Of a DNA stretch of 64,000 nucleotides, positions 1-8,091 are shown piece by piece; the first letter of the stretch is position 1, and each line of letters opens with the position of its first letter. The stretch comes from Gemmatimonadales bacterium (GTDB lineage Bacteria; Gemmatimonadota; Gemmatimonadetes; Gemmatimonadales; GWC2-71-9), in contig CBDFJJ010000005.1 of assembly GCA_965248285.1 (NCBI GenBank), forward strand, positions 121,447 to 185,446. The letters are read 5' to 3'. The notes below the pieces were generated by a model, which saw only the letters and a list, made by a program, of their open reading frames with translations, was not told where the DNA came from and made no database searches. The translations under genes were made by a program, and so were the position numbers.

Positions 1-173
1 ACGTGCAGCCGTTTGGCCGAAAAGCGCTTCGTGAACCCTGCGAGGACCAGTCCCGGGCTCGAGACCTGAGGCACGCGAATCGGCCGGTCGAGACCGATGT
101 CACCCGTCAGCACCTCGAGCTGGAGAGCTTTGCCTTTCCGGGCGAGGAGGTCGCTTACGGTAAGCGGTGTCAC
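1..173 (-). CDS. hprK: HPr kinase/phosphorylase, N-terminal part (gene continues beyond left edge)
   Basis: Open-ended minus-strand frame, absent from the ORF track. GTG at 173 overlaps the hpf stop (GTGA). Translation VTPLTVSDLLARKGKALQLEVLTGDIGLDRPIRVPQVSSPGLVLAGF fits the HprK N-terminal pattern. Confidence 0.55.
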   Translation of the reverse strand, partial: MTPLTVSDLLARKGKALQLEVLTGDIGLDRPIRVPQVSSPGLVLAGFTKRFSAKRLH

Positions 174-481
174 TTCTCTCCAGCCGCATGACGCCGGCTG
201 GCCGGGCTACTGGGCAGTTTGTCGAGTTGGTTTCGTAGTTTCACCATCGCGCGATCGAGAGCCGTTCGAGAGTCAGCAGCTTCAGCGCTGGCCACATGGA
301 CGTTGTCGCGCGGCATATACAGATGAAGCTCAACGATCCGCCGTTTGTGATCGTTGTCGAACACGATCTCTGCGCGTTGAGGACGCCACGCCAACCTGGC
401 GGCTCGCTCGATCAACTGCACCGCGCGATCGCGGAGCATATCATCAATTTCACAGTGACGGGCAGTTACCGTGATTTCCAC
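170..481 (-). CDS. hpf: ribosome hibernation promoting factor / RaiA family (short form)
   Basis: 103-aa ORF. MEITVTARHCEI...IVELHLYMP...ALDRAMVKLRNQLDK is typical of the sigma-54 modulation protein/HPF family. Confidence 0.8.
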   Translation of the reverse strand: MEITVTARHCEIDDMLRDRAVQLIERAARLAWRPQRAEIVFDNDHKRRIVELHLYMPRDNVHVASAEAADSRTALDRAMVKLRNQLDKLPSSPASRRHAAGEK

Positions 482-499
482 AGCAATCTCCTTTTCTCT

Positions 500-1612
500 T
501 CATGACACACCCGCGGTCTCCATCACGTGCGCCCGCGTTTGTTGGGCTGCGCGCTCCCACGACAATCCAAGCGCGAAGTTTCGCCCCCCCGAACCGAGAC
601 GCTCCCGAAACGCGACGTCAGCCGCGACACGAATCATCGCCGCCGCCAACGCCTGGTGGTCTCCATAGGGCACCAACAAACCTGTTTCCTCGTGAATGAC
701 GGATTCTCGCAATCCCGGGCTGTCAGCCGCAATGGTCGGCGTACCGCACGCGGAGGCCTCGACGTTGGAGATACCCCACCCCTCTTTCACCGAGGGAAAG
801 ACATGCGCCCAGGCCCGCCGCAGCAATTCCCGTTTTTGGCCCTCGCTGACAAATCCCAAAAACCGCACCGCGTCGCCCAAGGCCAGGCGCCCCGCGATCC
901 CCTGAAGGCGGCGGCGATCGTTTCCCTCGCCGGCGACCTGGAGAACGGCCTCGGGAAAGCGCAGTCGCACCCCTTGAAGGGCCCTGAGGGCCAAGTCTAT
1001 TCCCTTATAACGCTTGAGACGACCCACGTACAGGAAGGTAGGAACTTCCGCCCGCCCCACCGCCGCGTGCGGAACAAACCACTCCGCATCGACCCCCGGC
1101 AACACCACGCGAATGGCCGCCGGATCGACACCCCGTTGGGCCAACTCGTCGCGCGTGCTTTCGCTAATGGCGTGAAAAGCCGACCGTCGGTACACCCACG
1201 GAATGGCCCGCTCTGCGAACCAGACGAGCATCGCCACCGGAAGAGACGCTTCCTGAAACGCCGTTCTTCCGAAGAGATGGGGCACGATGGTATACATCGG
1301 CAAGCTCGTGAGCATCGGGAGATACAACGGGAGCTTGTTCACATCTTCGACGACGATATCGTACGGCGTCCGGTCGAGGGCATCCCGCACCGCCCGCCGG
1401 CCGAGAGCGGCAAAGGTGTGCCTTCCGCCTATGCGCCGGACTTCGATCCCGTCGATCACCGTCCGCGGTTTGGCTCCATCCCAACCGGAACACACCAACG
1501 TGACCTGATCTCCCGCCTGCACCAAACGCTTGAAAATCTCAAAAAAATGGATCTCCGCTCCACCCGCCAGCGGATTCTCCACATCCAGCCAGTTCACCGC
1601 AAGGATCCTCAC
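500..1612 (-). CDS. glycosyltransferase, GT4-like
   Basis: 370-aa ORF with N-terminal MRILAVNW...GGAE and a C-terminal FPSVKEGWGISNVEASACGTPTIA region typical of GT-B family 4 enzymes. Confidence 0.75.
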   Translation of the reverse strand: MRILAVNWLDVENPLAGGAEIHFFEIFKRLVQAGDQVTLVCSGWDGAKPRTVIDGIEVRRIGGRHTFAALGRRAVRDALDRTPYDIVVEDVNKLPLYLPMLTSLPMYTIVPHLFGRTAFQEASLPVAMLVWFAERAIPWVYRRSAFHAISESTRDELAQRGVDPAAIRVVLPGVDAEWFVPHAAVGRAEVPTFLYVGRLKRYKGIDLALRALQGVRLRFPEAVLQVAGEGNDRRRLQGIAGRLALGDAVRFLGFVSEGQKRELLRRAWAHVFPSVKEGWGISNVEASACGTPTIAADSPGLRESVIHEETGLLVPYGDHQALAAAMIRVAADVAFRERLGSGGRNFALGLSWERAAQQTRAHVMETAGVS

Positions 1613-2025
1613 AGCCGGCCGTGGTGCCGTGCAAGAGCATCCAACACTCCGTTGACGAACCCGGGTGCCTTCTCACCGGCGAACCACTGGGCCAAACGGA
1701 CTCCCTCGTCGATCACGACCTTTGCTGGAACGTCCGTCTCCAGAAGCTCATGGAGACCCAGACGGAGGATGTTGCGCTCAATCACGCCGATCCGCGAAAG
1801 GCGCCACTTCTCGACGGCCGCTGCGATATCATCGTCGAGGTTCCCCACCCGACCCGCAACACTCTGCACCAATCGCACCACGACGTCGCCGTCCGGTACG
1901 TGCCTCTCGTGGAATTGCAAACCGTCCACGACCGTCTCGACCGATGGCCTATGTTGCAGTTCCCACGCGTACAGTAGTTGGAGCGCTCGCGCGCGGACCT
2001 TGGTCTCACGTCGCAGCACGACCAT
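1609..2025 (-). CDS. nusB: transcription antitermination factor NusB
   Basis: 138 aa with RARALQLLYAWE, RLSRIGVIERNILRLGLHELL and FVNGVLDAL. Sits downstream of ribH, as in many bacteria. Confidence 0.85.
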   Translation of the reverse strand: MVVLRRETKVRARALQLLYAWELQHRPSVETVVDGLQFHERHVPDGDVVVRLVQSVAGRVGNLDDDIAAAVEKWRLSRIGVIERNILRLGLHELLETDVPAKVVIDEGVRLAQWFAGEKAPGFVNGVLDALARHHGRL

Positions 2026-2485
2026 CGACCCGGTCTAACGTGTCCGCCGTCTCGAGCGCCGCGACAGCCGCTTCCGTTCCTTTGTTCCCCGCCTCACCGC
2101 CGGCACGCGCCAGGGCCTGCGCGAGTGTTTCACATGTCAGCAGGCCAAAACCCACGGGGATTCCGGTTTCCTGCGCTGCTGTCCCAAGTCCACGTGCGGC
2201 TTCGGCACAGATGTAGTCGAAGTGCGGTGTCTCACCACGGATGACGGCCCCCAACGCCACCGCTGCGCGATAGGCTTTGGTGTCGAGCGCACGCCTCACC
2301 AAAAGGGGGAGTTCCCACGCCCCGGGAACCCAAACGACATCGACGCTGTCTTCGGAATACCCGCCGTCCGCCAACGCGGTCATGGCGCCTTCCAACAACC
2401 GGCGGGTCACTGCTTCGTTGAATCGGCTTACGACAACGAGCACCCGCCCGGGCGGGGAGCGGTCGAGAGATGAATCGGTTGCCAT
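2006..2485 (-). CDS. ribH: 6,7-dimethyl-8-ribityllumazine synthase
   Basis: Start moved to ATG 2485 (MATDSS...), 1 nt after the ribBA stop. VVVSRFNEAVTRRLLEGA...VWVPGAWELP is the lumazine synthase signature. Confidence 0.85.
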   Translation of the reverse strand: MATDSSLDRSPPGRVLVVVSRFNEAVTRRLLEGAMTALADGGYSEDSVDVVWVPGAWELPLLVRRALDTKAYRAAVALGAVIRGETPHFDYICAEAARGLGTAAQETGIPVGFGLLTCETLAQALARAGGEAGNKGTEAAVAALETADTLDRVDGRAAT

Positions 2486-2486
2486 C

Positions 2487-3692
2487 TCAGTGAGACAAAA
2501 AGTGCCCGAGCTTATCTCGCTTGGCGTTGAGATAGCCGCGGTTTTCGTCGGTCGGCAGCGGCTCAATCGGAACTCGCTCGACGATGCGCAATCCGTATGC
2601 CTCCAAACCCACCAGCTTCTTCGGGTTGTTGGTCAACACGCGGATGGAACTGAGCCCTTGATCCATGAGGATCTGTGCCCCGATACCGTAGTTGCGAAGA
2701 TCCGGGGCAAAACCCAATCGCTTGTTGGCTTCGACCGTGTCGTGTCCGCCGTCTTGCAGCTCGTACGCCTTGAGTTTGTTGAGCAATCCGATGCCGCGAC
2801 CCTCCTGGTCGAGATACACGATCACGCCGGCTCCGTGTTGGACGATCGCGCACATCGCACTCTGCAGCTGCCAACCGCAGTCACAGCGCGACGAACCAAA
2901 CACATCGCCGGTGAGGCACTTGGAGTGCATTCGCACCAGCACGTCCTCTCTGTTGGACACGTCGCCGTACACGAGTGCGATGTGTTCAGCGTCGTCAACA
3001 TCGTTCGAATACCCGACCACTCGAAACTCACCAAACTGTGTCGGCAACCTGGCGCTCGCGACGCGGTGGATCAAACGTTCGTGCTGCAAGCGGTACGCGA
3101 CGAGTTGGGCAACCGTGACAAAAGTGAGACCGTGCTCCGCCGAAAACTCCTCGAGTTGGGGACGGCGCATCATCTTGCCGTCGTCGTCGAGGATCTCACA
3201 GATCACCCCCGCGGGGTAGAGCCCCGCCAAGCGAGCGAGATCGACACTCGCCTCCGTTTGACCGACTCGCTGGAGAACACCGCCCGGACGGGCGCGCAAC
3301 GGAAAGACGTGCCCGGGACGTCGCAGATCTTCGGGAGCGGTTACCGGATCAATGGCAATCTGGATGGTCTTCCAACGATCCCACGCGGAAATGCCGGTCG
3401 TGACACCAAACCGCTTGGCACCGTCGATGCTCACCGTAAACGCCGTTTCGTTGGATTCGGTGTTTTCGTCCGCCATCTGGGGAAGTCCCAAGGCACTGCA
3501 CCGTGCCGGTGTCAACGTGAGGCAGATGAGGCCACGGCCGTACTTCGACATGAAGTTGATCCCGTCGTCGGTCATCCTCTCGGCGCCGCCTACGAGATCC
3601 CCCTCGTTCTCTCTATCTTCGTCGTCGGCCACAATAATCAGTCGGCCCTGACGAATATCGTCTATTGCCTGTTCAATGGTTCCAAACGCCAT
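2487..3692 (-). CDS. ribBA: bifunctional 3,4-dihydroxy-2-butanone-4-phosphate synthase / GTP cyclohydrolase II
   Basis: 401 aa. N-domain has DDEDRENEGDL. C-domain has SRCDCGWQL and EGRGIGLLNKLKAYELQ. Confidence 0.9.
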   Translation of the reverse strand: MAFGTIEQAIDDIRQGRLIIVADDEDRENEGDLVGGAERMTDDGINFMSKYGRGLICLTLTPARCSALGLPQMADENTESNETAFTVSIDGAKRFGVTTGISAWDRWKTIQIAIDPVTAPEDLRRPGHVFPLRARPGGVLQRVGQTEASVDLARLAGLYPAGVICEILDDDGKMMRRPQLEEFSAEHGLTFVTVAQLVAYRLQHERLIHRVASARLPTQFGEFRVVGYSNDVDDAEHIALVYGDVSNREDVLVRMHSKCLTGDVFGSSRCDCGWQLQSAMCAIVQHGAGVIVYLDQEGRGIGLLNKLKAYELQDGGHDTVEANKRLGFAPDLRNYGIGAQILMDQGLSSIRVLTNNPKKLVGLEAYGLRIVERVPIEPLPTDENRGYLNAKRDKLGHFLSH

Positions 3693-3702
3693 AACACCTC
3701 AC

Positions 3703-3758
3703 TCAATATCCAATATCCAACACTCAATATTCAATATTCAATATTGGATATTGGACTA
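3703..3758. repeat. heptanucleotide array 1 (YCAATAT x6 then TGGATAT-type x2), AT-rich
   Basis: Eight consecutive 7-mers: tcaatat ccaatat ccaacac tcaatat tcaatat tcaatat tggatat tggacta. An 11-bp inverted repeat pairs ccaatatccaa (3710-3720) with ttggatattgg (3745-3755). The array fills the ribE-ribBA intergenic gap and overlaps the ribE stop. Confidence 0.9.
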
Positions 3759-4355
3759 AGCATCTGTCGCCCGGGTATCGAGGAGCTGCTTCACGAACTT
3801 CCCGAGCATGTCTCCCTCCACGTGTATCCGATCGCCCGCCCCGAGAGATCCCAACGTCGTATGTTCGTACGTGAACGGAATCACCGAGACCTGCACGACG
3901 CCGGGATCGGGAATGGCATTCACCGTCATGCTCACCCCATCGAGTGCGATCGAACCGTGAAGTACGGTGATCGCTGCGATCGCGGCCGGTAGCTTCACGT
4001 CGATCAAGACGGCATCGTTGCGTGGGGTGACGCTGAGGATCTCGGCCACGCCATCGACGTGCCCTTGCACGAAGTGACCACCCAACCGCTCCCCGACCGC
4101 CAACGCCCGCTCGAGGTTCACCCGCGCACCAGCCTCCAACGCGTCGAGCGTCGTCCGGTCCCTAGTCGTAACGACAGCCTCGACGGAAAAGTTGCCGGGG
4201 CCCAGCTCCATGACCGTCAGGCAGGCACCGTTCAACGCGATGCTCTCGCCCAACGCAAGATCATCAAAGGAGGCCTCGATCGTCAGTTTCAGACGGTCGC
4301 CGTCGGTGCCAACGGCCACCACCGTCCCCTGTTCCTTTACGATCCCTGTAAACAT
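3756..4355 (-). CDS. ribE: riboflavin synthase (alpha chain)
   Basis: Start at ATG 4355 (MFTGIVKEQGTVV...). Two lumazine-binding repeats (GESIALNGACLTV / GSIALDGVSMTV). The upstream part of the 248-aa track ORF overlaps ribD and is judged non-coding. Confidence 0.85.
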   Translation of the reverse strand: MFTGIVKEQGTVVAVGTDGDRLKLTIEASFDDLALGESIALNGACLTVMELGPGNFSVEAVVTTRDRTTLDALEAGARVNLERALAVGERLGGHFVQGHVDGVAEILSVTPRNDAVLIDVKLPAAIAAITVLHGSIALDGVSMTVNAIPDPGVVQVSVIPFTYEHTTLGSLGAGDRIHVEGDMLGKFVKQLLDTRATDA

Positions 4356-5419
4356 AACTCTCGATCCACCACCAACAGCGTGTCTGGGCCCAAGGCTCGG
4401 TGCTCGACCACCGCCCAGGCCCGGGCGTCTTGTAAGGGGACGGCGCCGAGGGCGCCAAAGGCCGGAATGCCCTTCCCCAGCCAAATGGGAGCCTTGATCC
4501 AATAGAGCCGGTCGACCAGCCCCGCATCCATCAACGACCCAATCAGCGCTCCCCCACCTTCGATCAGGATCGATCGGATTCCTCGTTCTCCAAGGGCCAC
4601 CAGAGATCCGGCGAGGCCATCAGCCCCCAAAACCGTAACTTGAGTATGGGCAAGGGCTTGACTGAGTTCAACCTCCCGCGACGGCCTGGCAATGACAATA
4701 GTCGGAGCCGTTGCCGTGTCCAGGGCACGAAGATCCACCGAGATCTCGCCCTCGGTGGTGAATACTACCCTGGTCGGAACCACGCGCGGCTTCGTGGCGC
4801 CGCGGACGGTCAGCAACGGATCGTCCGCCACCACCGTTCCGCGGCCCACCCCGATGGCATCGAATCCGGCTCGCAGCCAGTGGACGTAGTCGCGGGCCTC
4901 GGGGCTCGAAATCCATTGCGAGCGGCCGGTTTCGTCGGCCAGAAACCCGTCGAGGGAGGTGGCCACCTTGACCGCCAGAAATGGGCGCCCTGGTCGGGAC
5001 GCGTCAAAGAGGAATGGGGCGTTGAGCGCCGCCCCCTCCTCGGCACCCACCCCGAGCACAACGTCGACGCCGGCACCGCGCAAGAAATCGAAGCCCCCTC
5101 CGGCGACGCTGGTGGGATCCGCAACGGCGGCAACCACCCGTGCCACGCCGGCAGCGGCCAGGGCTTCACAGCAAGGAGGAGTCTTCCCGTGGTGGGCGCA
5201 CGGCTCAAGGGTCACGACACACGTCGCGCCGACCGCGTCGTCACAGTCGTCGAGTGCGTTGGTTTCGGCGTGCGGCCCACCATACTCCGCGTGGAACCCC
5301 TCGCCAATGACATTGCCGTCACGAAGCAACACAGCGCCCACGAGTGGATTGGGCGCGACACGGCCCCACCCGCGCAAGGCGAGTTGGACGGCACGGCGCA
5401 TGGCCTCGAGCTCGGTCAC
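4337..5419 (-). CDS. ribD: bifunctional riboflavin biosynthesis deaminase/reductase
   Basis: Deaminase zinc motif HAE...TLEPCAHHGKTPPC, then a reductase domain (LLTVRG...SILIEGGGAL). Start is GTG 5419 or ATG 5401. The longer track ORF runs through heptad array 2 and is rejected. Confidence 0.85.
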   Translation of the reverse strand: MTELEAMRRAVQLALRGWGRVAPNPLVGAVLLRDGNVIGEGFHAEYGGPHAETNALDDCDDAVGATCVVTLEPCAHHGKTPPCCEALAAAGVARVVAAVADPTSVAGGGFDFLRGAGVDVVLGVGAEEGAALNAPFLFDASRPGRPFLAVKVATSLDGFLADETGRSQWISSPEARDYVHWLRAGFDAIGVGRGTVVADDPLLTVRGATKPRVVPTRVVFTTEGEISVDLRALDTATAPTIVIARPSREVELSQALAHTQVTVLGADGLAGSLVALGERGIRSILIEGGGALIGSLMDAGLVDRLYWIKAPIWLGKGIPAFGALGAVPLQDARAWAVVEHRALGPDTLLVVDRELCLQGS

Positions 5420-5436
5420 GACCCTGTCGCTTTGCT

Positions 5437-5520
5437 GAATATCCAATATCCAATATTGAATATCCAATATCGATGAATGAATTTTGGATATTGGATATTG
5501 GATATTGGATATTGGATATT
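5437..5520. repeat. heptanucleotide array 2: 12 in-phase heptads forming a long dyad
   Basis: gaatatc caatatc caatatt gaatatc caatatc | gatgaat gaatttt | ggatatt x5. The left arm (5437-5471) is nearly the reverse complement of the right arm (5486-5520). Lies between the purM stop and the ribD start. Confidence 0.95.
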
Positions 5521-5543
5521 CACCACACCCTCTTGCCGACTCT

Positions 5544-6563
5544 CTATTGAAGCCGCACTCCTTGGCCCTCGACGACCGCACCAATGACCCACGTCGGAAC
5601 GTCGGCCATGCGTGCCGCCGTTTGCACCTCATCCACGGCGTCGGAAGGCACGACCGCGACCAGACCGATCCCCATGTTGAATACGTCAAACATCTCGTTC
5701 CGCTCTACGTTACCTCTCTCTTGCAGGAAGGTGAACAGCGGCGGAACCTGCCAGGTCGACATGTCGATAGCCGCACCGCACCCGTCAGGCAGGGAACGAG
5801 AAAGATTTCCGGGCAATCCTCCCCCGGTGATATGCGCCAGCGCATGCACGCGCGGCAGAACGGAGGAGACTGCAGCGTAGTAGCTCCGATGAACGGTCAG
5901 CAGGGCGTCGCCCACCGACGTTCCCAATTCCGGGATTTCGCTGCCGACGTCGAGACTCAATTGGTCGAAGACGATGCGACGCGCCAACGAATACCCGTTG
6001 GTGTGCAAGCCGGTCGACGCGTACCCCACCAAGCTATCGCCTTGCCGCACCCGGTCGCCGTGCAGCGCATCCCCTTCGGACACGACGCCAATAATGGTGC
6101 CCGCCAAATCGTAATGGCCGGTCTGGTACAGGTCCGGCATTTCGGCGACCTCACCACCCGCCAGCGTGATATCGTGATTCCGGCATCCTCGCGCGACCCC
6201 CTCGACGATCGCGGCAACTCTGTCCGGATCGACCGAGGCTACCGCAACGTAGTCGAGGAATGCGAGGGGTCGCGCGGCATGAACGAGGATATCGTTGACA
6301 CAGTGATTGACGAGATCCTCTCCAATGGTGTCGTGCCGCTCCGCGCGGGCCGCCACCAACACTTTTGTGCCCACGCTGTCGGTGCTTGTCACGAGGATGG
6401 GGTCGCGGACGTCTTGCGGGACGCGGATCATCCCGCCGAAGCCACCCACGATGCCTCGGGACAACTCCGTGCGGGTTGAGGCGACCAGCTCGGCAATCTT
6501 GGCCGTGGCCCGCCGACCGGCATCGAGATCGACGCCGGCCTCGCGATATCTGTCAGCAGGCAT
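5544..6563 (-). CDS. purM: phosphoribosylformylglycinamidine cyclo-ligase (AIR synthetase)
   Basis: Start at ATG 6563 (MPADRYREAGVDLDAG). GGFGGM and TDSVGTK motifs. The track's TTG extension lies inside heptad array 3. Confidence 0.9.
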   Translation of the reverse strand: MPADRYREAGVDLDAGRRATAKIAELVASTRTELSRGIVGGFGGMIRVPQDVRDPILVTSTDSVGTKVLVAARAERHDTIGEDLVNHCVNDILVHAARPLAFLDYVAVASVDPDRVAAIVEGVARGCRNHDITLAGGEVAEMPDLYQTGHYDLAGTIIGVVSEGDALHGDRVRQGDSLVGYASTGLHTNGYSLARRIVFDQLSLDVGSEIPELGTSVGDALLTVHRSYYAAVSSVLPRVHALAHITGGGLPGNLSRSLPDGCGAAIDMSTWQVPPLFTFLQERGNVERNEMFDVFNMGIGLVAVVPSDAVDEVQTAARMADVPTWVIGAVVEGQGVRLQ

Positions 6564-6573
6564 AACGAAAAAC

Positions 6574-6637
6574 GAATATCCAATATCCAATATTGAATAT
6601 TGAATATTGAATTGCTGAATATTGAATAATGAACATC
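6574..6637. repeat. heptanucleotide array 3 (GAATATC/CAATATT type, 9 units, decaying)
   Basis: gaatatc caatatc caatatt gaatatt gaatatt gaattgc tgaatat tgaataa tgaacat(c). Directly upstream of purM. The last unit is the IS256-like target-site duplication. Confidence 0.9.
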
Positions 6638-8049
6638 GAGTTATTTTCGAAAGTTGTGGATTGGAGGAATGAGAAAGGCGGCGTATCCTTTCGTGTAGTC
6701 AGTTGAAACGTACACGAGATCCGGTTGTGACGACCGGAGAAAGGACACGCCACCGATGTTGAGGATAATAGAGAATGCGTCTGAGAGCAAAGGGAACGGA
6801 CTGTTCGCAGACCTGGACGAGCTTGCCAGAGAGGGAGCTCGGCGGATGCTGGTGAGTGCGTTGGACGCGGAAGTGACCGAGTATGTCGAGCGATATCGGA
6901 TTGAGCGAGACGGAGAGGGCCGCGCCCTGGTGGTGCGCAATGGCAAAGCCCGTCCCCGCAAGGTGACGCTGGGTGCTGGTACGGTCACGGTGACCGCGCC
7001 ACGGGTGCATGACCGTCGTATGCGGGCGCAGTTCACGAGCAAGATTTTGCCTCCCTATATGCGGCGGTCGCCGAAGGTGGCGGAGGTCTTGCCGGTGTTG
7101 TATCTGCGCGGTCTGTCGACGGGAGATTTTCGCGAGGCGTTGCCGATCTTGTTGGGTGAGGACGCATCAGGCTTGTCCCCGACGACGATCACGCGATTGA
7201 CGGCGGCGTGGGAGGGGGAATACCAGGCGTTTCGCCAGCGTGATCTGCGTGATCGGGAGTATGTGTACGTCTGGGTCGACGGGATCCACTTCAACATTCG
7301 CCTCGAGGCCGACCGGCTGTGTACGCTGGTGATGCTGGGCGCCCGGGCGGATGGGACGAAAGAGCTGATCGCGGTGGAGGACGGCTATCGGGAGAGCACG
7401 GAGAGCTGGTTGGCGGTGTTGCGCGATCTGAAGCGTCGGGGGATGCGGGCCCCGGTGCTGGCGATTGGGGATGGCGCGTTGGGGTTCTGGGCAGCGGTGC
7501 GGGAGGTGTGGCCGGCGACGCGGCAGCAGCGCGACTGGGTGCACCGGATGGCCAACGTGTTGGACAAGCTTCCGAAACGTTTGCAGCCGGCGGCGAAGCG
7601 GGTGTTGCGCGAGATGATGTATGCGGAGTCGCGTGCGGAGGCCGAGGCGCTGGTCGAGCGTTTCGCCACCGCGTATGCGGCCAAGTATCCCAAGGCGGTC
7701 GCCTCGCTCACGCGGGACCAGGAGCACCTGTACAGCCATTTTGATTTTCCGGCCGAGCATTGGAAACATATCCGTTCGACGAACGTGATCGAGTCTGCCT
7801 TCGCGACGGTCCGGTTACGACAGCGCGTGACCAAGGGAGCGGGCTCGCGGAGCAAAGGGCTGACGATGGCGTTCAAGCTGTTGGAGATGGCGCAGCAACG
7901 TTGGCGGAAACTCAACGCTCCAGAACTTCTCCCCCTGGTGTTGGCAGGAGAACAATTCAAAGATGGTATGCAGGAAACTGACAAAGAGAACACGGATCGG
8001 AAGGTCGCCGCTTGATCACTCACCGATCCACAACATTTGACAATACCTC
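6638..8049 (+). mobile_element. IS256-family insertion sequence (copy type A)
   Basis: Imperfect terminal inverted repeats: gagttattttcgaaagttgtggattgg versus the reverse complement of ccgatccacaacatttgacaatacctc. Flanked by an 8-bp direct repeat TGAACATC (6630-6637 and 8050-8057). Single transposase ORF. Confidence 0.85.
6756..8015 (+). CDS. IS256-family (mutator-type) transposase
   Basis: 419 aa with the typical layout: ...YVWVDGIHFNIRL...LAIGDGALGFW...HFDFPAEHWKHIRSTNVIES. Confidence 0.9.
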   Translation: MLRIIENASESKGNGLFADLDELAREGARRMLVSALDAEVTEYVERYRIERDGEGRALVVRNGKARPRKVTLGAGTVTVTAPRVHDRRMRAQFTSKILPPYMRRSPKVAEVLPVLYLRGLSTGDFREALPILLGEDASGLSPTTITRLTAAWEGEYQAFRQRDLRDREYVYVWVDGIHFNIRLEADRLCTLVMLGARADGTKELIAVEDGYRESTESWLAVLRDLKRRGMRAPVLAIGDGALGFWAAVREVWPATRQQRDWVHRMANVLDKLPKRLQPAAKRVLREMMYAESRAEAEALVERFATAYAAKYPKAVASLTRDQEHLYSHFDFPAEHWKHIRSTNVIESAFATVRLRQRVTKGAGSRSKGLTMAFKLLEMAQQRWRKLNAPELLPLVLAGEQFKDGMQETDKENTDRKVAA

Positions 8050-8091
8050 TGAACATCCGCATTAATCTGCTTTTTTCTGTGCTATCCGTGG

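Noticed and set aside
527-3992. Very long plus-strand ORFs (527-2038, 2277-3992; similarly 13773-15308, 15685-16731, 19879-20907, 31052-32320) antisense to well-supported minus-strand genes
   Set aside because: Their translations are Arg/Pro/Ser/Gly-rich and lack motifs. They mirror real genes on the opposite strand, the usual shadow-ORF effect in high-GC DNA.
3693-5543. Expected an FMN riboswitch (RFN element) upstream of ribD or ribBA
   Set aside because: The intergenic gaps are short and consist almost only of AT-rich heptads. None of the conserved GC-rich RFN helices could be recognised. A covariance-model search would be needed to be definitive.
5420-5689. N-terminal extensions of ribD and purM and the plus ORF 5484-6479, encoding peptides like YPISNIQYPISKI / MDIGYWILDIGY
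   Set aside because: These are translations of the heptanucleotide arrays. The conserved protein N-termini start downstream of the arrays, so the arrays are intergenic.
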